The notes beneath the pieces were generated by a model. That model made no database searches and was not told where the DNA came from. It was given only the letters and a program-made list of their open reading frames with translations. A stretch of 31,107 nucleotides of DNA from a virus. Its lineage: Duplodnaviria; Heunggongvirae; Uroviricota; Caudoviricetes. The position numbers and the translations under genes are program-made. This document shows, piece after piece, positions 1 to 7,656 of the stretch. Location of the stretch: IMG/VR virus record IMGVR_UViG_2602041644_000001; one strand, 5' to 3'. Positions within the stretch are counted from its first letter, which is position 1; every line of letters begins with the position of its first letter.

Positions 1-111
1 GAAACACAACGTGTTATCTACCTCCGCGAAGGCTATGAGCATGAGTGCTTCAGCCCGCTCGAACAGTTTCGTCGTAAATTCAGGGAAATAGAGGTCGGTC
101 ATGAGCACTAA
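1..111 (+). CDS. 3' end of an upstream phage gene (partial), function unknown
   Basis: Frame 1 is open from the window edge to TAA at 109-111 and overlaps the next start at 101. Too short to assign. Confidence 0.3.
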   Translation, partial: ETQRVIYLREGYEHECFSPLEQFRRKFREIEVGHEH

Positions 112-1042
112 ATTAACCGGCTATGTATGGGATGGTTGCGCTGCATCAGGCATGAAATTATCCAGCGTGGCAATTATGGCCCGCCTGGCTGATTTCAGTA
201 ATGACGAAGGTGTGTGCTGGCCATCAATTGAAACTATTGCCCGTCAGATTGGCGCGGGGATGAGTACCGTCAGGACGGCTATCGCACGGCTGGAAGCAGA
301 AGGCTGGTTAACGCGTAAGGCGCGTCGCCAGGGTAACCGCAATGCGTCGAATGTTTATCAGCTTAACGTTGCGAAGCTTCAGGCAGCGGCATTTTCTCAA
401 CTGTCAGATTCTGACCCGTCAAAATCTGACGCATCAAAATCTGACCCGTCAAAATTTGATGCGTCGAAATCTGGCAAAAAAGCGGGTTTTCACCCGTCAG
501 AATCTGGCGGGGATCCGTCAGTAAAATCAAAACATGATCCGTCAGATAAAAAACCTTCTCGTCCGGACGCTTCGCAACCGGACACGCAGACGGATGAACA
601 GGATTTTTTAACTCGCCATCCTGATGCGGTTGTATTCAGCCCTAAAAAGCGCCAGTGGGGAACGCAGGATGATTTGACCTGCGCACAGTGGCTCTGGAAA
701 AAAATCATCGCCCTGTACGAGCAAGCCGCCGAATGTGACGGCGAGGTGGTTCGTCCCAAAGAACCGAACTGGACAGCCTGGGCAAACGAAATTCGCCTGA
801 TGTGTGTACAGGATGGTCGTACTCACAAACAAATCTGCGAGATGTACAGCCGCGTCAGCCGCGATCCGTTCTGGTGCCGTAACGTGCTCAGCCCGTCGAA
901 GTTGCGGGAAAAATGGGATGAGCTTTCCCTGCGCTTATCACCGTCCGTCAGCACGTACACCGAAAAACGCGAAGACCCGTACTTCAAATCCAGTTACGAC
1001 AACGTGGACTACAGCCAGATCCCGGCAGGATTCAGGGGGTGA
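101..1042 (+). CDS. Phage replication initiator / replisome organiser (O-like, N-terminal HTH)
   Basis: ATG at 101 follows GAGGT. N-terminus resembles phage replisome-organiser HTH domains. The central region is encoded by tandem DNA repeats, as in lambda O where ori lies inside the gene. Confidence 0.7.
   Translation: MSTKLTGYVWDGCAASGMKLSSVAIMARLADFSNDEGVCWPSIETIARQIGAGMSTVRTAIARLEAEGWLTRKARRQGNRNASNVYQLNVAKLQAAAFSQLSDSDPSKSDASKSDPSKFDASKSGKKAGFHPSESGGDPSVKSKHDPSDKKPSRPDASQPDTQTDEQDFLTRHPDAVVFSPKKRQWGTQDDLTCAQWLWKKIIALYEQAAECDGEVVRPKEPNWTAWANEIRLMCVQDGRTHKQICEMYSRVSRDPFWCRNVLSPSKLREKWDELSLRLSPSVSTYTEKREDPYFKSSYDNVDYSQIPAGFRG
403..548. repeat. Iteron-like direct repeats (putative phage replication origin) inside the initiator gene
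   Basis: About 6-7 copies of a CCGTCA(A/G)AATCTG(A/G)C-like unit at roughly 15-bp spacing between 416 and 548, translating as SDPSKSDASKSDPSKFDASKSG. Confidence 0.55.
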
Positions 1043-1044
1043 TC

Positions 1045-1533
1045 ATGAGTCTGTTAAATGACGTTCAGAAATTCATTGAAGCCCATCCGGGGTGTACTTC
1101 CGGAGACATTGCGGATGCTTTTGCAGGTTACTCACGGCAGCGCGTTCTGCAGTCTGCAAGCAAGTTACGTCAGAGTGGGCGTGTGGCTCACCGTTGTGAA
1201 GGAGATACACGCAGACATTTCCCGCGCCTGACTGAGAGAGCGCAGGAGCCGGAACCACAACCAGTTCGTGAAACCAGACCTGTGCGCAATTTCTATGTCG
1301 GCACTAACGATCCCCGGGTGATTTTGTGCCTGACCCGCCAGGCGGAAGAACTGGAGTCCAGGGGCTTATACCGTCGTGCTGCAACGGTGTGGATGGCGGC
1401 ATTCCGTGAAAGCCACTCCCAGCCAGAACGAAACAATTTTCTGGCGCGTCGTGAACGGTGTTTACGGAAAAGCAGTAAGCGGGCTGCATCAGGTGAAGAG
1501 TGGTATCTCTCAGGGAATTACGTGGGGGCTTAA
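1045..1533 (+). CDS. Putative regulator: N-terminal winged-helix-like region plus C-terminal PerC-like motif
   Basis: ATG at 1045 (GTG at 1039 also possible). C-terminal segment LESRGLYRRAATVWMAAF...NFLARRERCLRK resembles the PerC/Pch signature (LESKGLWRRAA..W) as I recall it. Confidence 0.5.
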   Translation: MSLLNDVQKFIEAHPGCTSGDIADAFAGYSRQRVLQSASKLRQSGRVAHRCEGDTRRHFPRLTERAQEPEPQPVRETRPVRNFYVGTNDPRVILCLTRQAEELESRGLYRRAATVWMAAFRESHSQPERNNFLARRERCLRKSSKRAASGEEWYLSGNYVGA

Positions 1534-2186
1534 TGAGTAATAAATATTGCCAGGCGCTGGTGGAACTGCGGAACAAACCAGCCCATGAACTGAAGGAAGT
1601 GGGCGATCAGTGGCGCACGCCGGACAACATTTTCTGGGGAATTAACACCCTGTTTGGCCCGTTTGTTCTGGATCTGTTCACTGACGGTGATAACGCCAAA
1701 TGTGCTGCGTATTACACGGCGGAAGACAACGCGCTGGCGCATGACTGGTCAGAACGCCTTGCGGAGCTTAAAGGTGCTGCCTTTGGTAATCCCCCATACA
1801 GCCGCGCCAGTCAGCATGAGGGGCAATACATCACCGGCATGCGTTACATCATGAAGCATGCCAGTGCCATGCGTGATAAAGGCGGGCGCTATGTTTTCCT
1901 GATCAAAGCTGCCACCAGCGAAGTGTGGTGGCCGGAAGATGCAGATCATATTGCTTTTATTCGCGGGCGTATTGGTTTTGAACTGCCTGCCTGGTTTATC
2001 CCGAAGGATGAGAAGCAGGTGCCGACAGGCGCTTTCTTCGCTGGTGCTATTGCTGTTTTCGACAAGACCTGGAAGGGACCGGCAATCAGCTACATCGGGC
2101 GCGATGAACTTGAGGCATGTGGTGAGGCCTTTCTGGCGCAGGTTCGCCAGCAGGCAGAAAAACTGGTCAGGGAGATGGCGGCATGA
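1533..2186 (+). CDS. Phage DNA N6-adenine methyltransferase (Dam-type)
   Basis: NPPY catalytic motif (FGNPPYS). Start ATG at 1533 overlaps the preceding stop (TAATG). Typical nin-region position. Confidence 0.8.
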   Translation: MSNKYCQALVELRNKPAHELKEVGDQWRTPDNIFWGINTLFGPFVLDLFTDGDNAKCAAYYTAEDNALAHDWSERLAELKGAAFGNPPYSRASQHEGQYITGMRYIMKHASAMRDKGGRYVFLIKAATSEVWWPEDADHIAFIRGRIGFELPAWFIPKDEKQVPTGAFFAGAIAVFDKTWKGPAISYIGRDELEACGEAFLAQVRQQAEKLVREMAA

Positions 2187-2509
2187 CGACGTTAACTCAA
2201 TGCCAGCAGCAGGTGCTGGATATGCTGATTTCTTATCAGAAAGAACGTGGCTTCCCGCCAACCAATCAGGAGGTGGCAACCATGCTGGGATACCGTTCAG
2301 TGAATGCAGCGGTGGAGCATCTTCGCGCACTGGAGAAAAAAGGCGTCATCACGATAAAGCGTGGCGTGGCCCGGGGCATCACGCTTCATACTGCGGTGAA
2401 GGACGACGACAGCGAGGCGGTCGGGATTATCCGCTCACTGCTTGCCGGTGAGGAAAACGCAAGGCTGCGTGCAGCCCACTGGTTACATGAGAGGGGCCTG
2501 AAAGTATGA
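2183..2509 (+). CDS. LexA-type DNA-binding domain protein (no peptidase domain)
   Basis: 108 aa resembling the LexA N-terminal winged-helix domain (QQQVLDMLISYQKERGFPPTNQEVA...VEHLRALEKKGVI). Start overlaps the upstream stop (ATGA). Confidence 0.7.
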   Translation: MTTLTQCQQQVLDMLISYQKERGFPPTNQEVATMLGYRSVNAAVEHLRALEKKGVITIKRGVARGITLHTAVKDDDSEAVGIIRSLLAGEENARLRAAHWLHERGLKV

Positions 2510-2895
2510 AGCTGATCCTGCCTTTTCCGCCCAGCGTGAACACGTACTGGCGACACCCCAACAAAGGGGCGTTTGCTGGTAAGAGCCTGATAAGCGCGGC
2601 TGGGCGAAAATTCCAGAGCGCGGCGTACGCAGCAATAGTTGAGCAGTTACGTCGTCTGCCGAAACCAACGTCGGCACCTGCTTCAGTGGAGATCGTGTTG
2701 TTTCCTCCGGATAACAGGATCCGCGATCTGGACAACTATAACAAGGCGCTGTTTGACGCCCTGACCCACGCGGGGGTGTGGGAAGACGACAGTCAGGTGA
2801 AAAGAATGCTGGTGGAGTGGGGACCGGTTATCCCGGAAGGGAAGGTCGAGATCACTATCAGTAAGTACGAGAAAACGGCGGGTGCAGCTGCCTGA
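2506..2895 (+). CDS. rusA: RusA Holliday-junction resolvase
   Basis: MKLILPFPPSVNTYW N-terminus and overall ~129 aa length are characteristic of RusA. Confidence 0.9.
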   Translation: MKLILPFPPSVNTYWRHPNKGAFAGKSLISAAGRKFQSAAYAAIVEQLRRLPKPTSAPASVEIVLFPPDNRIRDLDNYNKALFDALTHAGVWEDDSQVKRMLVEWGPVIPEGKVEITISKYEKTAGAAA

Positions 2896-2914
2896 TTAAG
2901 AGGAGAAACGAAGT

Positions 2915-3724
2915 ATGAATAATCTGATGGTCATTGATGGTATTGAAGTTCGTCGTGATGCTTATGGGCGTTACAGCCTGAACGATCTGCATCGCGCAGC
3001 AGTAGCATCTGGTGCAAATGCCAGAACCAAGGAGCCGGGAAAGTTTCTTTCCAGCCAACAAACTGTTGAGCTTGTTCATGAATTGACCAACACCCAGAAT
3101 TTGGGTGTTGACCCGGTGAGTGTGATTCATGGGGGAAATGAACGGGGAACGTATGTCTGCAAGGAACTGGTGTATGCCTATGCAATGTGGATCAGCCCGT
3201 CATTCCATCTGAAGGTGATCCGTACTTTCGATATGGTAACCAGCGCACCGGAAAAATTATCCGGACAGGCTGCTGACAAGATGCAGGCTGGCGTGATCCT
3301 GCTGGACTTTATGCGCCGGGAGTTAAACCTGTCTAACTCTTCAGTGCTTGGTGCCTGTCAGAAACTCCAGGAGGCTGTTGGCTTACCGAATCTGGCACCG
3401 CGCTATGCCATTGATGCTCCTGCTGATGCACACGATGGCTCAAGTCGCCCGACACTGTCACTGAGTGCACTGCTGAAACAGTATGGTATACGCCTGACGG
3501 CTAATCAGGCATATCACCAGATGGTGAAACTGGGGATCGTCGAGCAGCGCGAACGATACAGCCGTACCGCGATTAACAACATCAAAAAATTCTGGTCGCT
3601 GACAGCGAAAGGTTGCATGTTCGGCAAGAACATCACCAGTCCCGCAAATCCGCGCGAGACGCAGCCGCATTTCTTAGAATCCCGATTCCCTGAGCTGTTA
3701 AAGCTGCTCGATACCGTTCATTGA
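2915..3724 (+). CDS. KilA-N domain protein
   Basis: N-terminal KilA-N-like segment (GRYSLNDLH...KELVYAYAMWISPSFHLKVIRTFD). Good RBS AAGAGGAG upstream. Confidence 0.8.
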   Translation: MNNLMVIDGIEVRRDAYGRYSLNDLHRAAVASGANARTKEPGKFLSSQQTVELVHELTNTQNLGVDPVSVIHGGNERGTYVCKELVYAYAMWISPSFHLKVIRTFDMVTSAPEKLSGQAADKMQAGVILLDFMRRELNLSNSSVLGACQKLQEAVGLPNLAPRYAIDAPADAHDGSSRPTLSLSALLKQYGIRLTANQAYHQMVKLGIVEQRERYSRTAINNIKKFWSLTAKGCMFGKNITSPANPRETQPHFLESRFPELLKLLDTVH

Positions 3725-3725
3725 G

Positions 3726-4721
3726 GTGACCGTGAGAGCACTACTGACCCCTGAAATTGCCCCGCGTATGGGGATCGTATTGTTCAGGCCAGGTTCAGAG
3801 CTGATGCCCCTGTTTATGCAGGGGCGTGTCCTGCTGGAGCCTGAGCCGGAGCGTTATTCATCTTTCGCCAGTGGTGCCGTTCCGGCGGCATCACAACCGC
3901 TGGCGGATGATCCTGCCGTTCGGGCCGTGTTCCGCAATGAGGCAGTGATCCGTCGTGCTGGTGGCGTGGAATGTCTTGAAAGCTGGTTACTTCGTGAAAA
4001 AGGCTGCCAGTGGCCTCATTCCGACTGGCACAGCGAGAACATGACCACAATGCGACACGCGCCGGGCGCAATCCGTCTGTGCTGGCACTGCGATAACCAG
4101 CTGCGCGATCAGTTCACGGAACGGCTGGAATCAATGGCAACGGATAACTGTGTCCGGTGGGTGTTATCTGTCGTGCGTCGGGATCTCGGTTTTGATGACA
4201 GTCACGTTGTGACAATGCCGGAACTGTGCTGGTGGCTGATTCGTAATGATCTGGCGGATGCCTTACCGGAAAGTGCAGCCCGTAAGGCACTGAGATTACC
4301 GAAGCCTGTTGTGCCGTCTGTTACCCGGGAAAGTGACCTTGTGCCTTCGGTTCCTGCCACCAGCATCATCCAGGATAAGGCGAAAAAGGTGCTGGCGCTG
4401 AAAGTGGATCCGGAGTCGCCGGAGTCTTTTATGTTACGCCCAAAACGTCGCCGCTGGGTTAATGAAAAGTACACGCGCTGGGTTAAGACACAGCCGTGTG
4501 CATGTTGTGGAAAGCCTGCTGATGATCCCCACCACCTGATAGGCCACGGTCAGGGGGGAATGGGTACAAAAGCGCATGACCTCTTTGTGTTGCCTTTGTG
4601 CAGAAAGCATCACGACGAGTTGCATGCGGATACCGTGGCATTTGAAGAGATGTATGGCTCCCAGCTGGAGCTGATATTTCGTTTTATCGATCGTGCGCTG
4701 GCAATAGGCGTACTGGCGTAA
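3726..4721 (+). CDS. DUF968-like protein (YdfU-like) with C-terminal Cys/His metal-binding motif
   Basis: C-terminus CACCGKPADDPHHLIGHG...HDLFVLPLCRKHHDELH. Sits next to the Q-like gene as ydfU does in Qin. Start uncertain (GTG at 3726; ATG at 3768 possible). Confidence 0.6.
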   Translation: MTVRALLTPEIAPRMGIVLFRPGSELMPLFMQGRVLLEPEPERYSSFASGAVPAASQPLADDPAVRAVFRNEAVIRRAGGVECLESWLLREKGCQWPHSDWHSENMTTMRHAPGAIRLCWHCDNQLRDQFTERLESMATDNCVRWVLSVVRRDLGFDDSHVVTMPELCWWLIRNDLADALPESAARKALRLPKPVVPSVTRESDLVPSVPATSIIQDKAKKVLALKVDPESPESFMLRPKRRRWVNEKYTRWVKTQPCACCGKPADDPHHLIGHGQGGMGTKAHDLFVLPLCRKHHDELHADTVAFEEMYGSQLELIFRFIDRALAIGVLA

Positions 4722-4734
4722 GTGGAGAACGAGC

Positions 4735-5487
4735 ATGAACCTTGAAGCCTTACCGAAATATTACTCCCCAAAATCTCCAAAATTGAGCGATGACGCACCG
4801 GCGACAGGCTCTGGTGGTTTAACAATTACGGATGTAATGGCTGCGCAGGGGATGGTGCAGTCGAAAGCACCGCTTGGGTTTGCCTTATTCCTGGCAAAAG
4901 TTGGTGTTCAGGATCCTCAGTTTGCGATTGAAGGTCTGCTCAATTACGCGATGGCACTGGATAACCCGACATTGAACAAATTGAGTGAAGAAACCCGGCT
5001 ACAGATCATTCCTTACCTTGTGAATTTTGCCTTTGCTGATTATTCCAGGTCTGCGGCAAGTAAGGCTCGCTGTGAGCATTGTGCTGGTACTGGATTTCAT
5101 GATGTATTGCGCGAGGTGGTGAAACACTCCAGAAGCGGGGAATCTGTTATCAAGGAAGAGTGGGTGAAGGAACTGTGTCAGCATTGTCATGGTAAGGGAG
5201 AAGTCAGCACAGCGTGCAGAGGGTGTAAGGGTAAAGGTATTGTCCTGGATGAAAAAAGAACCCGGCTTCATGGCACGCCTGTTTATAAGGTTTGTGGGCG
5301 TTGCAATGGAAACCGGTTTAGCCGTTTACCAACCACACTGGCGCGGCTTCATGTCCAGAAGCTGGTACCAGACCTGACGGATTATCAGTGGTACAAAGGA
5401 TATGCAGATGTCATTGATAAACTGGTTACAAAGTGCTGGCAGGAAGAAGCGTATGCTGAGACACAATTGAGGAAAGTGACGAGATGA
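4735..5487 (+). CDS. Putative late-gene antiterminator Q (QuuQ-like, four CxxCxGxG zinc-finger repeats)
   Basis: 250 aa with CEHCAGTG, CQHCHGKG, CRGCKGKG, CGRCNGNRF repeats. Immediately upstream of a strong promoter and intrinsic terminator, and of the lysis cassette. Confidence 0.6.
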   Translation: MNLEALPKYYSPKSPKLSDDAPATGSGGLTITDVMAAQGMVQSKAPLGFALFLAKVGVQDPQFAIEGLLNYAMALDNPTLNKLSEETRLQIIPYLVNFAFADYSRSAASKARCEHCAGTGFHDVLREVVKHSRSGESVIKEEWVKELCQHCHGKGEVSTACRGCKGKGIVLDEKRTRLHGTPVYKVCGRCNGNRFSRLPTTLARLHVQKLVPDLTDYQWYKGYADVIDKLVTKCWQEEAYAETQLRKVTR

Positions 5488-5518
5488 ATGATTTTCGACG
5501 AAAATGGCGACATGATGC

Positions 5519-5547
5519 TTGCATTTTTCAAAAAAAATGGATAATAT
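5519..5547 (+). promoter_or_regulatory. Putative late promoter (pR'-like)
   Basis: TTGCAT (5519-5524), 17-nt spacer, TAATAT (5542-5547), directly downstream of the Q-like gene. Confidence 0.5.
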
Positions 5548-5593
5548 TATCTCAATGATAGGCATTGTGTGTCCGGCTTTAATAAAAAGTAGA

Positions 5594-5620
5594 AAACCCG
5601 CTGATGTGCGGGTTTTTTTT
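5594..5620 (+). terminator. Intrinsic terminator (tR'-like)
   Basis: Hairpin CCCGC-TGATGT-GCGGG followed by T8. Confidence 0.7.
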
Positions 5621-5698
5621 CGGAATTTTAGATGTGTGGCATTGAAATGGTATTCGGCGAGTAGGTAGAATTTAAACTTTCGTCTCGTCTGGATCGAC

Positions 5699-6241
5699 AT
5701 GATGTTTCAAGCCTTCCAAACAGCAGTATTTAAAAATGTTGCAGAGTATTTAAAAGGGCGCTTCCCTCATAAGTCGTTAGGGCTCGTATATGCCGACGAG
5801 CTGGTACTAAAAGATATGGAGTTCCTCAAGGCTAACAATAAACTGCGGTGGGATCCCGGACTAAAGTCGCGAGTGTTTATGGATATGATGGAAGAACACC
5901 CGATAAAACTAGTTGTTTATTATCGTGGGGAGCCTATTGGATTTGCATTTGGGTGTTACTGTAAGCCGAAAAATGCGGTGCATATTTGCTGGATGGAAAA
6001 ACGTAATGATGCACATGAAGACCTAGACCATCAGATGCTTGGTATCGTTTTGGATTGCTTCTCTGCATATGCACGATTTCTGAACCTTCAGGGTGAATCT
6101 ATTGATTCGATAGCTTTAGTTAGTCCAGTTGATGGGGCAATAAGATACTATACTGAAAGTGGTTTTGAGTACATTGCTGATTACGAACGAGGTGGTTGCG
6201 CAATGGTGCTTAGGAGCGTTTTACCTAACCAATCAGTGTGA
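5699..6241 (+). CDS. Cargo protein, possible GNAT-like acetyltransferase fold
   Basis: 180-aa ORF in a visibly AT-rich island. Segment MLGIVLDCFSAYARFL...AIRYYTESGFEY loosely fits GNAT motifs A/B. No confident family assignment. Confidence 0.5.
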   Translation: MMFQAFQTAVFKNVAEYLKGRFPHKSLGLVYADELVLKDMEFLKANNKLRWDPGLKSRVFMDMMEEHPIKLVVYYRGEPIGFAFGCYCKPKNAVHICWMEKRNDAHEDLDHQMLGIVLDCFSAYARFLNLQGESIDSIALVSPVDGAIRYYTESGFEYIADYERGGCAMVLRSVLPNQSV

Positions 6242-6432
6242 GTTAGATTCTTAATTTCTCCAGAATCATTACAAAAGTATTGAAAACCTCTTTTAGTTGA
6301 TGCAATCTGGATCCACACAAAGCACACACAAAATGTACTACGCTTTACTTTATACATCTTCAGGTAACAAACTTTGTTGCCTTTATGCTTCAAAGAAGCA
6401 ACTACAGCTTAGTGCTGAACAAGGGGATTTTT

Positions 6433-6618
6433 ATGAAACATCATGAGCAGATAGAGATTGAGGCAGCTAAAGTCGTCGCCGAACTCTTTGCTGGCAATGC
6501 ATCTCCAATGGAAACCTTTGGTATTACATGGAGTCAAACTCAGATGTTAGAGCGTAAGAATCCTGGTGTAGTGATCAAACTAGTACCGGATGACGGTAAA
6601 AAACTTGCGTATTGCTGA
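6433..6618 (+). CDS. Small hypothetical protein (61 aa)
   Basis: ATG at 6433 with AAGGGGA RBS. AT-rich context, followed by an intrinsic terminator. Confidence 0.45.
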   Translation: MKHHEQIEIEAAKVVAELFAGNASPMETFGITWSQTQMLERKNPGVVIKLVPDDGKKLAYC

Positions 6619-6676
6619 TAATTTTTAAAGATTTTTTCAGCTAGAGAATCGATTATTTTACTATAAATCGCGAAGG

Positions 6677-6705
6677 AGCCCCACATATTGTGGGGCTTTT
6701 TGTTT
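6677..6705 (+). terminator. Intrinsic terminator
   Basis: Hairpin AGCCCCA-CATATT-GTGGGGCT followed by a T-run. Confidence 0.6.
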
Positions 6706-6875
6706 CATCTTAGTTAGCCGTTATTCACATTCACTACTTTGCTACTTATCCACTGTAAAAATAAATTGTGAATTATTTTGTGGCTTATTGTTAGTGTTCT
6801 ATCAATTTTGTGTGTGATATTCCATTGGCGTGGTTATTATCTGTGCATCGCACTTAAATGTATAAAGCTCACTAG

Positions 6876-7190
6876 TTGAGACAATCCTACCACCAGTTGG
6901 TGGTATCTCATGATTCACTGAATTGCAAATCTTCTGAATTGCTGGATGAGTTTAAATCTCACCGGCGCTATTTCTCCGTATCAGTCTCCGTGCCTTATAC
7001 CGATGTCAGGACGCATAAGCCCGTTCAGTTCTACCCGGGTAAACATCCGTGCGAGAAACCGGCGGATATGCTCAGGCAAATAATCAATGCCAGTAGTCGA
7101 CCTGGTGATCTGGTTGCTGATTTCTTTATGGGATTCGGTTCCACAATAAAAGCAGCAATGGCGCTGGGGCGTCGGGCGTTAGGTGTTTAA
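6876..7190 (+). pseudogene. C-terminal remnant of an N6/N4 DNA methyltransferase
   Basis: Only the C-terminal AdoMet-binding part is present (HPCEKPADMLRQII, DFFMGFGST ~ HPTxKP / FxGxG). The N-terminal ~35 codons are unrelated and there is no DPPY motif. Coding status of the remnant unknown. Confidence 0.6.
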
Positions 7191-7326
7191 CTTGAGTCAG
7201 AGCGGTTTAATCAGACGGTGAAAGAGGTAAGTGAACTGGTGGGGAAATAATTCTGGTGGCCACGTTGCGTGGCCTTTTTATTTCCAACACAGCACCCGCA
7301 AATATCGCGAGGTGAGAGATGACGAA

Positions 7327-7653
7327 ATGCCTCATAACCCAAATACCTGGCTGGACTTGGTCCAGAGCTGGTGGCGTGGAGACACACCGCTGGGTGCAGT
7401 GATTATGTCGATCGTTATGGCTGGTTTGCGCATCGCCTATTTTGGCGGTGGTGGTGGCTGGAAGCGAAAAACGCTCGAAATTCTACTCTGTGGCGCTCTG
7501 ACGCTGACTTTTGCATCCGCTCTTGAGTATGTCGGATGGCCTAAATCACTTTCTGTTGCCATTGGTGGTGGGGTGGGGCTGATCGGTGTCGATGCTATTC
7601 GTGGGGCTGCAATGCGAGTAATCGGTAACAAATTTGGTGGCTCTAAGGAGTAA
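7327..7653 (+). CDS. Class I holin (lambda S-like, three TMDs)
   Basis: Three predicted hydrophobic helices and a charged C-terminus, immediately upstream of the R lysozyme. ATG at 7327 chosen (RBS GAGGTGAGAG) over the longer 7231 ORF. Confidence 0.8.
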   Translation: MPHNPNTWLDLVQSWWRGDTPLGAVIMSIVMAGLRIAYFGGGGGWKRKTLEILLCGALTLTFASALEYVGWPKSLSVAIGGGVGLIGVDAIRGAAMRVIGNKFGGSKE

Positions 7654-7656
7654 TTT

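Noticed and set aside
342-524. 60-aa plus-strand ORF (MRRMFISLTLRSF…QNLTRQNL…) in an alternative frame over the iteron region
   Set aside because: It is an artefact of translating the tandem DNA repeats in another frame and lies inside the replication initiator gene.
403-548. Possibility that the short tandem repeats are a CRISPR array or satellite
   Set aside because: The units are ~15 bp with no spacer-repeat alternation at CRISPR dimensions, lie in frame inside a replication gene, and fit the lambda-type in-gene iteron pattern.
1749-2330. Long minus-strand ORFs from the track lying inside plus-strand phage genes (e.g. 1749-2330, 13328-13732, 14086-14520, 15556-15996, 16213-16710, 16800-17390, 18381-18797, 21154-21642, 22413-22910, 24640-25098)
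   Set aside because: They are fully contained in well-supported plus-strand genes with recognisable products, have no RBS, and their translations are low-complexity. These are shadow ORFs typical of GC-rich coding DNA.
6240-6880. Possible tRNA or small RNA genes in the AT-rich intergenic DNA of cargo island A (and similarly 8640-8846)
   Set aside because: Visual scan found no GTTCRANYC T-loop-like motif with a suitably placed acceptor stem. Only promoters and terminators are evident. A tRNAscan/Infernal run would be needed to be certain.
7231-7326. N-terminal extension of the holin ORF (MNWWGNNSGGHVAWPF…)
   Set aside because: The extension has no RBS and its sequence looks like a spurious read-through of the intergenic region. 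ATG 7327 has a proper RBS and yields a holin of typical length.
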